In this document: piece by piece, positions 47,289-56,001 of the stretch | How the letters are laid out: each line of letters opens with the position of its first letter | Numbering within the stretch: the stretch's first letter is position 1 | Assembly: GCA_041664165.1 (NCBI GenBank) | Contig: JBAYLH010000002.1 | Location: 9,665 to 73,664 of the forward strand | Origin: Candidatus Buchananbacteria bacterium | Lineage (GTDB): Bacteria; Patescibacteriota; Patescibacteriia; Buchananbacterales; UBA6539 | DNA: 64,000 nucleotides | Reading direction: 5' to 3' | The notes under the pieces: model-generated | Databases searched by the model: none | The model's input: the letters and a program-made list of their open reading frames with translations, nothing else | What the model was told of the DNA's origin: nothing | Program-made: the position numbers and the translations under genes

Positions 47289-47990
47289 ATGAGTAAAAAT
47301 TGCAAAAAAATTAAATTATTTCAGTCAATCTGCCTGATTTTTTCGCTTTTGATTTTTTCGTTTCCAATCGCTATAAGTGCTGAGTCGCCGACGTCAACTC
47401 CGACATCAACTCCGGCGCTGCCGACTTTAGCGGAAACTGAAACCGCGGTGCGTTCTTATTTTGCCGATATCCCGGCTATGATTGAAATTGCCAAATGCGA
47501 ATCCGGCTTTCGCCAATTTACGGATAGCGGCGCGCCTTTACGCGGCCATAATTTGTATATCGGTGTTTTTCAAATTGATGAAAAAATTCACGCCAAAGCC
47601 GCTTTAAGTTTAGGTTTTGATATCTACACGCTTGATGGCAACATGGCCTATGCCAAATATTTATCCAGCCAGGCCGGTACTAAGCCCTGGGTCGGCTGTG
47701 TTAAAAATAACGTTTCTGCCAGTTTTAAATTAACGCTCAATTTAAAATTAGGCATGACGAATAAGGAAGTTATCACGCTGCAGCAAATGCTCAACCGCGC
47801 CGGTTTCATCATTACCAAATCCGGTCCCGGCTCACCCGGCAGCGAAACTAATTATTTTGGCAGTCTGACCCGGGCGGCTCTTCGGCGCTTCCAATGCGAT
47901 CGAGGCATTGTTTGCAAGGGTACGGAAGCTACCACCGGCTACGGCTTCGTCGGCCCGCGCACCCGGGCGGCATTGTTGCCAGCCTCTTAA
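47289..47990 (+). CDS. Secreted lysozyme-like + peptidoglycan-binding domain protein
   Basis: IAKCESG, GVFQI, PW..C; EV..LQQMLN, FG.LTRAALRRFQ, VGPRTR. Confidence 0.8.
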   Translation: MSKNCKKIKLFQSICLIFSLLIFSFPIAISAESPTSTPTSTPALPTLAETETAVRSYFADIPAMIEIAKCESGFRQFTDSGAPLRGHNLYIGVFQIDEKIHAKAALSLGFDIYTLDGNMAYAKYLSSQAGTKPWVGCVKNNVSASFKLTLNLKLGMTNKEVITLQQMLNRAGFIITKSGPGSPGSETNYFGSLTRAALRRFQCDRGIVCKGTEATTGYGFVGPRTRAALLPAS

Positions 47991-48042
47991 TTGAATTGAA
48001 TAATTGAATCAAAGGGAAAACCTCGGCGCTAAAGCCGGTTTT

Positions 48043-49173
48043 TTATTGCAGCTCCGTCAGGCTGGTATAATCCAGACAAGCTTTTTTTTCGGTTTGATCG
48101 GTTAAATTGGCGCAGACATTTTTGTCGCGGGCGGTAACGGCGACATTATGAATGCATTTATCGCGAGTGCCGGTCTTTTCCGATTTTTCGCAGACGGCGG
48201 CATCGCGAGTAACGTTGGCAACGCTATAAAGGCAGGAGTAATTATTTTCCGCCTCTTTGAGATAGGCGCAAGGTTCGGCGCTTTTTTTGGCCGTCGCAAT
48301 TGAAGTAAAGCAATAAGTTTTTTGGCCTTGGTCGGCAATTGACTGGCAAAGTCCGGTGTCTTGCTTGGCCATCGCCACTGATTGATAGCAGCTGTCCTTT
48401 TGGCCCTGGTTTTCTATTTGGGTGCAGCTATTTTCGTCATTGTGCTTAGTTCCGACTAAATAATAGCATTGCTGCCTTTGGCTTGAGTCCTGGATTTTGC
48501 CGCAAAGCAAATTGCCGCCGATTTCCGAGGCCACGTTGGAAAGGCAGACATCTTTTATTTTTTGGTCAGTAATCTGATCGCAGAGCTTTTCATCTTTTCG
48601 GCTGGTGGCTAGCGAAGTATAACAATTTTGCTGCATTTCTATTTTGTCGATTTGCCCGCAAAGAGCCGGGTCGTTTTTTTTGATGATTATATTGTTATAG
48701 CAATCGGTTTGATAATAAGTTTCCGTAATCTGATCGCAAAGCTTGATGTCGCCTTTGGCCTGGGCAATTTGCGAAACGCATTGGCCGGCCGTGGTTTTAT
48801 TGCTAATGCCGACGCAAAGCGATGCGTCCTGTTTTTTGACGGCTAAGCCGCTGAAACAAAGGTCTTTGTATTGGTCTTGATTAATCCGGTCGCATAAAGC
48901 CTGATTATCGCTGGCCACGGCCACTTTTGAAAAGCAATTATTTTTGGTTGATTCGTCTTTAATTTCATCGCAGAGTTTTTCATTTTTTGCCGCTTCGGTG
49001 ACGCCGGCTAAGCAGCGTTCCCGGCGGCCGACTTCATCCATTTTCCGGCAGATTTTTGGATTCTTTTTGGCGATGGCGGTATTCATTTCCGAATCTAAAA
49101 AATCAAAAATTCCGCAGCCGGTTAAAATCACGGCGAGGCCGAATATCAGAGTGACCAATGAAATTTTTTTCAT
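48043..49173 (-). CDS. Cys-rich tandem repeat lipoprotein
   Basis: LTGC lipobox; about 13 repeats of ~26 aa (LC..I.......C...A). Confidence 0.85.
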   Translation of the reverse strand: MKKISLVTLIFGLAVILTGCGIFDFLDSEMNTAIAKKNPKICRKMDEVGRRERCLAGVTEAAKNEKLCDEIKDESTKNNCFSKVAVASDNQALCDRINQDQYKDLCFSGLAVKKQDASLCVGISNKTTAGQCVSQIAQAKGDIKLCDQITETYYQTDCYNNIIIKKNDPALCGQIDKIEMQQNCYTSLATSRKDEKLCDQITDQKIKDVCLSNVASEIGGNLLCGKIQDSSQRQQCYYLVGTKHNDENSCTQIENQGQKDSCYQSVAMAKQDTGLCQSIADQGQKTYCFTSIATAKKSAEPCAYLKEAENNYSCLYSVANVTRDAAVCEKSEKTGTRDKCIHNVAVTARDKNVCANLTDQTEKKACLDYTSLTELQ

Positions 49174-49208
49174 AAACTTGCGAAAAATTATTAATTAAAA
49201 ATTTTAAA

Positions 49209-49643
49209 TTAAGTCGGGGTAATTGACTCAAGCCACTTTGTCGCTTTTTCTTTAGTTCCGGTTGGATTTTTTAACGGTTCGCTGAATAAAGTTTTGCCGA
49301 TAATTTGATTGCCCGCCAGGGCGTTTTCCAGGCTGGCCAAAGTTTTTGCCGGTAAGTCTTCGTGGCAGACAAATAAAGCCAGCTTTTTATTTTCCAATTT
49401 GGCTTGGTTTAAAAAGGTTCTGATCGCCGGGGCAAAATTAAATCCCCAAACCGGCGTGCCTAAAATTATTAAATCATAGTCGGCCAGGTCTTTGGTCAGA
49501 GGTAAAGGCTTCGGCCGACTTTTTGAGCCCTGTCCCCTTTCCGGCTTTAATTCTAAAATATCCGCTCCGGATTTTTGAGCGATTTGCTCGGCAATAAATC
49601 TCGTGTTGCCGGTTAAAGAATAATATATAACAAGGGTTTTCAT
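49209..49643 (-). CDS. Flavodoxin-like protein (paralog of 46718-47197)
   Basis: YYSLTGNT, YDLIILGTPVWG; longer ORF start lies in repeat DNA. Confidence 0.85.
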   Translation of the reverse strand: MKTLVIYYSLTGNTRFIAEQIAQKSGADILELKPERGQGSKSRPKPLPLTKDLADYDLIILGTPVWGFNFAPAIRTFLNQAKLENKKLALFVCHEDLPAKTLASLENALAGNQIIGKTLFSEPLKNPTGTKEKATKWLESITPT

Positions 49644-49656
49644 ATAGTTTTTCATC

Positions 49657-49816
49657 GTCATTTCGACCGAAGTGAGAAATCCCTTATACATCGATTGACC
49701 CTTTGTCATTCCGAACGAAGTGAATAATCCCTTATACTCGGATTAACCGTCTAACATTTTAAAAGGGATTTCTCACCCCGCCTCTCGGATACGCCTGAAG
49801 CGGGGTTCAAAATGAC
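49657..49816. repeat. REP-like cluster, left copy
   Basis: Two direct GTCATT..AATCCCTT units plus one inverted unit. Confidence 0.9.
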
Positions 49817-49820
49817 AAAA

Positions 49821-50105
49821 TCAGTTTGGTTTAAACCTCTCAACGTAAACTAGCCGCCACCAAACTCGACCCAAAAGAAAGCCGCCGATAGCGCCAAATA
49901 GCCAAAGCCCGATTTGGATTATCGGTAAAAGCGCACAGCCATGATAAAAAGTAACGGCTATCCCTTGTTTTTCTGTCCAGCCCAAATAGTTGATTTCAAT
50001 TAAAGCGTGGATAATAAAGCTTAGCAGGATGCCTAAAATTGTAGCAGCAATAAGATAAACCGCATGTTTAAATTTGGTTGGATTTTTTGGTGATCCAAAA
50101 AACAT
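49821..50105 (-). CDS. Small membrane hypothetical protein
   Basis: Two TM segments; C-terminal G..WWRLVYVE. Confidence 0.7.
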   Translation of the reverse strand: MFFGSPKNPTKFKHAVYLIAATILGILLSFIIHALIEINYLGWTEKQGIAVTFYHGCALLPIIQIGLWLFGAIGGFLLGRVWWRLVYVERFKPN

Positions 50106-50119
50106 ATTATTGCTAAAAT

Positions 50120-50416
50120 TTAAAATAATTCTTCATAGAGGTCTTTCCAGTGAGGATTGATTGTTTTAATTAAGTTTTGTTTTTTCTCTCGCCGCCACTT
50201 CTTTATTTCCTTTTCCCTTTCGATGGCGTCATAGACATAATCATAATTTTCGTAATAAACCAATTTGTTGCAGGAGTATTTTTTGGTGAAACCTTTGATT
50301 TCCCCTTGTTTATGTTCATTAACTCGGCGCAACAAATCATTAGTCATGCCAATATACAAAGTGCCGCTTGGGCTAGCCATGATGTAAATATAAAAATTGT
50401 ATTCTCTTTTTGGCAT
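50120..50416 (-). CDS. GIY-YIG nuclease (small UPF0213-like)
   Basis: FYIYIMAS..GTLYIGMTNDL.RR..EHK, A..REKEIKKWRR.KK, NP.W.DL. Confidence 0.93.
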   Translation of the reverse strand: MPKREYNFYIYIMASPSGTLYIGMTNDLLRRVNEHKQGEIKGFTKKYSCNKLVYYENYDYVYDAIEREKEIKKWRREKKQNLIKTINPHWKDLYEELF

Positions 50417-50436
50417 AGACTTTCTTTTTTTAGTTT

Positions 50437-50676
50437 GTCATTTCGACCGACCTGTCTATTAGAGGAAAGGAGGGAGAAATCCCTTATACATCGACTGACC
50501 TTTTGTCATTCCGAACAGAGTGAAAAATCCCTTATACTCGGATTAACCGTCTAACATTTTAAAAGGGATTTCTCACCCCGCCTCTCGGATACGCCTGAAG
50601 CGGGGTTCGAAATGACAAAGATAGACCCCTCGTTATTTTTCGTCATTCCGACCGCCGGGAGGAATCCCTTATACTC
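50437..50676. repeat. REP-like cluster, right copy
   Basis: Near-identical to left cluster at +800 bp; extra unit at 50642. Confidence 0.9.
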
Positions 50677-50691
50677 TGATTGATGAAAGCA

Positions 50692-51177
50692 CTAATCAAT
50701 CTGGGCAAACAAGACCACGTAATTTTTGCCGTACGCTTTGGCGCATTTGGGGCAAGTGGTATAAGAAAAATACAATTTTTTTATTTCCTTATCTCGGCTT
50801 TTGACGTATTCTTTCATCTCCCCTGCCCATTTGCCGACATCTTTATAAGGCCCTTCAAAAACTTTAGTCAAAAATGTGCCGGAAAGTTTTGCCATCCGCG
50901 CCCCCGCGACATCTTTAGCCACGTCAATATAAATATCCGCGCCCCAAAGGGATTTCTCGTCGGTTAACAAAAGTTGATAAGGCGCTTTGGCGTTTGCTTT
51001 TTCAATCAGCTTCATATTTTTTACCACCTTCTGCCCAAAATTAAGCGGAATATGCAAAAAGCTGGTTACATGGTCTTTGACAAAAATTTTGTCTTGCCAC
51101 GTGATTTCTTTGTCCTGCCACGGTTCCGGGTTAAACGGCTCGCAGCAGCCGGTTGGTTTGATTGGTTGGTCGGGCAT
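50692..51177 (-). CDS. Conserved protein (GyrI-like 'hydrolase' family)
   Basis: CC..F.PE.W, FLTKVFEGPY, YTTCPKCAK.YGKNYVV. Confidence 0.75.
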   Translation of the reverse strand: MPDQPIKPTGCCEPFNPEPWQDKEITWQDKIFVKDHVTSFLHIPLNFGQKVVKNMKLIEKANAKAPYQLLLTDEKSLWGADIYIDVAKDVAGARMAKLSGTFLTKVFEGPYKDVGKWAGEMKEYVKSRDKEIKKLYFSYTTCPKCAKAYGKNYVVLFAQID

Positions 51178-51330
51178 AATATTGTAATTAATTTTGTTTA
51201 GAGAGAGCGAATCTTATAAAGCGTGTTAGGTGATGTAATAATAATTTTTTTCATATTTTTTTAAAAATAAATTTTAAATTTTTTAGATTGCGAATCAGAT
51301 AGACCGTGTTGTAAGAAATTTTATAACCTG

Positions 51331-51915
51331 CTATTCTAGTAGTTTGTTTCTCAGAATCTCTTCTCTTTTTTCTAATTCATCATAAAAAGGCTTAACATTT
51401 TCTTCTGAGTGGCCAATTTTGTGTGCTATTTCACCGGTAATACCTTTTTTTTCAACTCTATTCCAAACCTCAACAAATTCTACGAGCTTGGCGTAGTGTT
51501 CTCTAGTCTCAGGTTCAGCAAGCCAATAATTATTTCGAAAAATTTTTAGCATTTGATTATAAAGTGGTAGGAATTCTTCTATTAATTGTTTATTATTGTA
51601 GTCAATCTCGTAATCAACAGATTTAATGTCTGGGAATTGACCTGCGTCGCATTTTTTTTCCCATATCTTAGTACCAACTCTTTCAATTTTTACTCTTACT
51701 TCACTTTTTGTACGGATTTCTTTTCGGATACCCAGAAGTGGTGAGTAGAATTTGTTGAGTTGTTCCTCAGTTACATTGTGTTTCTTTTGTGCTTTGTATA
51801 ATTTAATACCATAAGTTACGCCTAAGTAGCCAAATAATGCTGGTGCAATAATGGCAACTATATCTTTTATGAAGGATAAGGTAGTAAAATTTGGTATTTG
51901 AGACGGGTTATGCAT
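51331..51915 (-). CDS. Hypothetical protein with N-terminal TM, in R-M island
   Basis: AT-rich like the R-M genes; QL.KFYSPL motif. Confidence 0.7.
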   Translation of the reverse strand: MHNPSQIPNFTTLSFIKDIVAIIAPALFGYLGVTYGIKLYKAQKKHNVTEEQLNKFYSPLLGIRKEIRTKSEVRVKIERVGTKIWEKKCDAGQFPDIKSVDYEIDYNNKQLIEEFLPLYNQMLKIFRNNYWLAEPETREHYAKLVEFVEVWNRVEKKGITGEIAHKIGHSEENVKPFYDELEKREEILRNKLLE

Positions 51916-51989
51916 AGGGTTATAAAATTTCACACAACTTATTTTATCCGAACCAGCTAATTATCTATTCTAAATTCTCGCAATATTAT

Positions 51990-53240
51990 TTATGTCGCGA
52001 ACGCAAATAGCTGTTGTTGCAGGCGTGTAGACTCTTCAATTTCTTCCTTAGCTTCGCCATTTAGCATTTTAATTACCATATCACCAATATAATATCCAAG
52101 ATTTACAGGCACGGCATTTCCTATTTGCTTGTATTGTTGGGAAACGGATCCTGAAAATTTCCAATTATCTGGGAATGTCTGAATTCGTGCATATTCGCGT
52201 ACTGTTAAGGGGCGCGTTTCTTCCGGATGACAACGCTCAGTCTGTTTTTGGGCTGGGCTGCAAGTTAATGTTAAAGATGGTTCGTCCCATGATAATCGTC
52301 TTGCCATGCCAGTCTTGCCGCCACCCATAAAATAGCTAGCCCCCATGTACTCTTTTTGAAGATTTTCTGGGAGATCTCTCCAATATCCACCCGGAGGAAT
52401 TAAGTCCAATATTTCTTTCTTTTTTTCCGGGTATTGCTGCCCTTCTGATTTTGGGCATTTTAAAAGTGCTTCGCGTATGGGGATTATGTAGTCTTTTTCT
52501 TTGGGGAATGAAATAGGGATATCTAGGTCTTTTCTAACGCCGATAATTATTAAGCGTTCTCTTTTTTGCGGGATATCTAAATATTGGGATCGTAAAATTT
52601 TGTATTTGACCCTATATCCGAGTTCCTCTAATACGCTAATCATCGTTTTAATCGTTTTTCCGTTATTATGATTCAACAAGCCCTTAACATTTTCTCCGAT
52701 TGCAATTTTTGGCTTAACTTCCTTGACACATCTCGCAAATTCAAAAAATAAAGTTCCCCTTATATCTTCAAACCCCATTTTATTCCCAGCATAAGAAAAA
52801 GCTTGACAAGGAAAACCACCTTGTACTATATCTGCTTGTCCCTTAAAGAATTTAAGTTTCCCAACATCACCTTCAACCACGTTCCAGTCTGGTTTATTCG
52901 TTCGAAGCGTTTCGCAGGCATGCTTATCATATTCATTCAGTAGAATATGTTTAATTCCCGCATTTTCCATTCCAAGGGCAGTACCACCAGCGCCGGCAAA
53001 TAGCTCAATCGCCGTATACGGAGACATTTTATTATTTTTTAGAATTTTGAATTTGTTTTTTTTATCGCCGCTTGTTCTGCTTTGAATCCTTTCGATTTCA
53101 TCTAGGCAAAACATACGATCATTTCTTTCGTTTCGAAAAGCTTTTATCAATCCTTTTTTATCCCATCTCCTAATAGTATCTATAGAAGTGCCTAATTTTA
53201 TAGCCACTTCGCCAGCGGTAAAAAATTTGTCATTTTTCAT
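51990..53240 (-). CDS. C5 cytosine DNA methyltransferase with N-terminal MerR-type HTH
   Basis: ELFAGAGG, GGFPCQ, ENV, PQKRER, RIQTFP, QIGNAVP; EVA..LG.S.DTIRRWD. Confidence 0.95.
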   Translation of the reverse strand: MKNDKFFTAGEVAIKLGTSIDTIRRWDKKGLIKAFRNERNDRMFCLDEIERIQSRTSGDKKNKFKILKNNKMSPYTAIELFAGAGGTALGMENAGIKHILLNEYDKHACETLRTNKPDWNVVEGDVGKLKFFKGQADIVQGGFPCQAFSYAGNKMGFEDIRGTLFFEFARCVKEVKPKIAIGENVKGLLNHNNGKTIKTMISVLEELGYRVKYKILRSQYLDIPQKRERLIIIGVRKDLDIPISFPKEKDYIIPIREALLKCPKSEGQQYPEKKKEILDLIPPGGYWRDLPENLQKEYMGASYFMGGGKTGMARRLSWDEPSLTLTCSPAQKQTERCHPEETRPLTVREYARIQTFPDNWKFSGSVSQQYKQIGNAVPVNLGYYIGDMVIKMLNGEAKEEIEESTRLQQQLFAFAT

Positions 53241-53245
53241 AAAAA

Positions 53246-53298
53246 ATGATAGGTAATTAATCTATCATAATTATATCATATAACCATTGCCTAGGCAA
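53246..53298 (-). promoter_or_regulatory. MTase promoter with two palindromes
   Basis: TTGCCT-N17-TATAAT; TTGCCTAGGCAA and ATGATAG-N9-CTATCAT. Confidence 0.7.
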
Positions 53299-53301
53299 AG
53301 G

Positions 53302-54009
53302 TTATTTTGTGGCAAAAGCCAATTTAAATAGCTCAAAATACTTTTGAGCTTCTTTTTTGCTTAATTTAAACTTATATTTATCTACCAGAATATGGGATAG
53401 TGCCTCGAATAGCTCTTGCAGGGCGTGCTTTCGACCAGTAGCTAGAGCATAAAAGCTGATGCCGTCAACCACCCGGATATTTTTAACATTCGGCCGTCGT
53501 TTTTTAGTTTTATTATCCGGTGGCGTAAAAGGTTTATCATACATATTCTTTCCCTGTGGTATGATTTCCACATAGTATCCGATAAAATCATTATATTTTT
53601 CGGTTTTAAGCTTAGATTTTATGGCATCATAGATTTCAACCTTATGATTGCCCTTTGTCGTATTAAATTTATTTTTTACTTCAGCAATAATTTTCATACT
53701 ATCGCTTGCAACATCCAACCCTCCGCCCGCGCCAAGGTTTTTCCAGCCAGGAATAGCCCCTAAAATTTCTTGATGAAAATCGCCGATAGCATTTTGCATT
53801 GTTTTTTGCGATTGCCTGGCTTTTTCTTGTTCAATCCATTCTTTGTAGGTTATAGCATGTGTTACGCCATGAAATAAGGCAGAAAAAGGGTCAATAACAT
53901 TTTTATGCAGATTATTGCCTGCTTCATGCTCCGCTGTTTCTATTATTTTAACCACCCTGCCAACGGCAAAAATTAGATTTTTATCGGATATAAATTTTAA
54001 GTAAGACAT
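53302..54009 (-). CDS. Type II restriction endonuclease, Eco47II/Sau96I-like
   Basis: N.IDPF, E..RQ.QK...N.IG.FHQ, D-X-EVKNKFNT; adjacent to C5 MTase. Confidence 0.85.
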   Translation of the reverse strand: MSYLKFISDKNLIFAVGRVVKIIETAEHEAGNNLHKNVIDPFSALFHGVTHAITYKEWIEQEKARQSQKTMQNAIGDFHQEILGAIPGWKNLGAGGGLDVASDSMKIIAEVKNKFNTTKGNHKVEIYDAIKSKLKTEKYNDFIGYYVEIIPQGKNMYDKPFTPPDNKTKKRRPNVKNIRVVDGISFYALATGRKHALQELFEALSHILVDKYKFKLSKKEAQKYFELFKLAFATK

Positions 54010-54190
54010 AAATTGTCATTAAAATTAATTAAATTGTTTTCTGAGCGACAAGATGGTTGAGGTTACCTCTTAATTTTCTCTCTTTTTCGCTAATTTGTCA
54101 AAAAATATTTATTTTAATTAATAAAAAAAGGACTCACTGCAAAGCAGCAAGTCCCGAGATGTAAAAACGTAAAACCGCCGCGGATATCCG

Positions 54191-55417
54191 CTATGCCCCG
54201 CCTGCCTCCAATTTCTGGCGAAAGCTTTTGAATAACTGCGGCCCAATGTTCAGTTGAAGCGGAATGAACCCAACTTCGGTATGAATGGTGTGCATCGAGG
54301 CCACAATTCCGCCCGAATCGCTTTTGCCGCGAAGCACTGAGGTCATCTCGGTGGGTTCGACCGGAGATTTCCCGGCCGCTTGGGGCTTCATATCGGATTC
54401 TGCCGTATCCAGGTCTCGGACGATCAGGGAGATAAAACCGCGGCAATCGCGGCAGGCCTGGTTGCTTGGGTCAAGCTCCAGCCCTTTGTTCAGGTCGCTG
54501 ATGCTTTTGCCCCAGTTGCCAAGCGCGGCATTGAGCACACCGCTGGTCATCCATGAAGCGGCTGAACGGTCAGGTTTGGCTTCAACCTTTTGCAGTTCTT
54601 CTTTGAGGAGTTTGCGGTTGAATACATAACTCATCATCTCCACATCCTGGTAGCAGTGCGGCCACCAGTGCTGGTTTTCCGAGCGGCCAACGAGGGCTTC
54701 GATGCTTTTTTCGTCAAAGCCACCGGACCATTCCTTGGGCGCAGCCGTGGCACCGGATAAAGGCTCGCCTTTGACCCGATCGCCGGTCAAGCGATAAATC
54801 TCGCCAGTCTGCGCGTCCACCGCCGGCGTGTATTCCGGATTAGCCATGATCCAGCTGCCACCCGCCCAGACCGGACGGATCCCGCGACCCGTAACGTTGA
54901 TGGTCATCAGCCAACCGCCTTGGTTGCGAATCAAGCTTTCGCCGCCCTGATCCAAGACGATTTTGTGAGCCTCGAGGTTGTCCACGACGAACTCTTCGAG
55001 CTTAATCGGTCCGGGGTACATCTTGCTCATGTCGTCGGTTTTTTTGGTGAGTTTGATTTCGCCCCAGCAGTTGATTCGGGCTTCGTACGTGGCGCCGGAC
55101 GTATTCTGGAAGTAAAACACCCAGCCGCCCACGACCCAGCTCAACTCCTGAGTCTCTCGGTTTTGGTACACCGCGGATCGCTCGGGTATGGCGTTCCAGA
55201 GTTTGGCGATTGGGGCTTGATCCTGGCGCTTGAGTTGGATTTCCAGCCGGCCGAGCGCCTGCTTGGCAGTGTACTGTGTCAGTTCGCGGGTTTCTTCCTT
55301 TTCTTGGACGGTCGGCTTGGGGGTAGCCGCAGCAGGACTTGGTGTATTCGAAGTGCTTTGATTACACCCGGCTGCGGTCAGAAGTAGCACAATGGCAAGC
55401 GCAATAATCTTTTTCAT
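54191..55417 (-). CDS. GC-rich lipoprotein with C-terminal TPR
   Basis: AAGC lipobox; SD GAGGAG; TPR-like ISDLNKGLELDP. Confidence 0.75.
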   Translation of the reverse strand: MKKIIALAIVLLLTAAGCNQSTSNTPSPAAATPKPTVQEKEETRELTQYTAKQALGRLEIQLKRQDQAPIAKLWNAIPERSAVYQNRETQELSWVVGGWVFYFQNTSGATYEARINCWGEIKLTKKTDDMSKMYPGPIKLEEFVVDNLEAHKIVLDQGGESLIRNQGGWLMTINVTGRGIRPVWAGGSWIMANPEYTPAVDAQTGEIYRLTGDRVKGEPLSGATAAPKEWSGGFDEKSIEALVGRSENQHWWPHCYQDVEMMSYVFNRKLLKEELQKVEAKPDRSAASWMTSGVLNAALGNWGKSISDLNKGLELDPSNQACRDCRGFISLIVRDLDTAESDMKPQAAGKSPVEPTEMTSVLRGKSDSGGIVASMHTIHTEVGFIPLQLNIGPQLFKSFRQKLEAGGA

Positions 55418-55606
55418 CTTCGATCTCCTCGGGTTTTGAGCGGCTGCTTGAGCACGCTCAGACTAACTACTTGTGTTGTCCAAAAAACACGGTTTTTGTA
55501 TTTAGAAACTAGCATAATTACCTATTTATGTCAAAGCTACGCTACCTAATTTGTCAAACCAAAAAAACCGGCTTGGAGCCGGCAGTAGTAACTCATTTTT
55601 GATTTC

Positions 55607-55996
55607 TCACGGATTATCTTGAAAAAACGGTTTGAAATATGGTTCAATCGGCAAAGCGAGGATTTCCGCCTTGGTTGCCCATCTTTGCTCCAAATGTTCT
55701 GGACTTAATTTCGGCTCGCCGGAAATAACTTCAGTTGAATAAATGATAAAGCGATGGCTGTTTTTTCCGAGCTTATCTAAATCAAATTCGTAAGCTCCTA
55801 AAACCTTTAGTGGTTTTACTTCTAAACCAGTTTCTTCTTTTATTTCCCTTACTATTCCTAAAAAAGGATCTTCGTTTGGCTCCAGTTTGCCGCCGGGCAA
55901 ATCCCAATGCAAAGGATAATAAGCGGCGCTTTGCGACCGCAAGCCAATCAGATATTTATTCCCTTTTTTGATTATGGCTTTTTGGATTAGCTTCAT
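55607..55996 (-). CDS. NUDIX hydrolase
   Basis: WDLPGGKLE.NE......REIKEETGL. Confidence 0.9.
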   Translation of the reverse strand: MKLIQKAIIKKGNKYLIGLRSQSAAYYPLHWDLPGGKLEPNEDPFLGIVREIKEETGLEVKPLKVLGAYEFDLDKLGKNSHRFIIYSTEVISGEPKLSPEHLEQRWATKAEILALPIEPYFKPFFQDNP

Positions 55997-56001
55997 AATG
56001 C

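Noticed and set aside
50177-50554. 125-aa plus-strand ORF
   Set aside because: Antisense to the GIY-YIG gene and runs through repeats (CHSEQSEKS is translated REP sequence).
49657-50676. CRISPR array or IS element
   Set aside because: Units vary in length and orientation, the intervening sequences are duplicated rather than unique, and there is no transposase.
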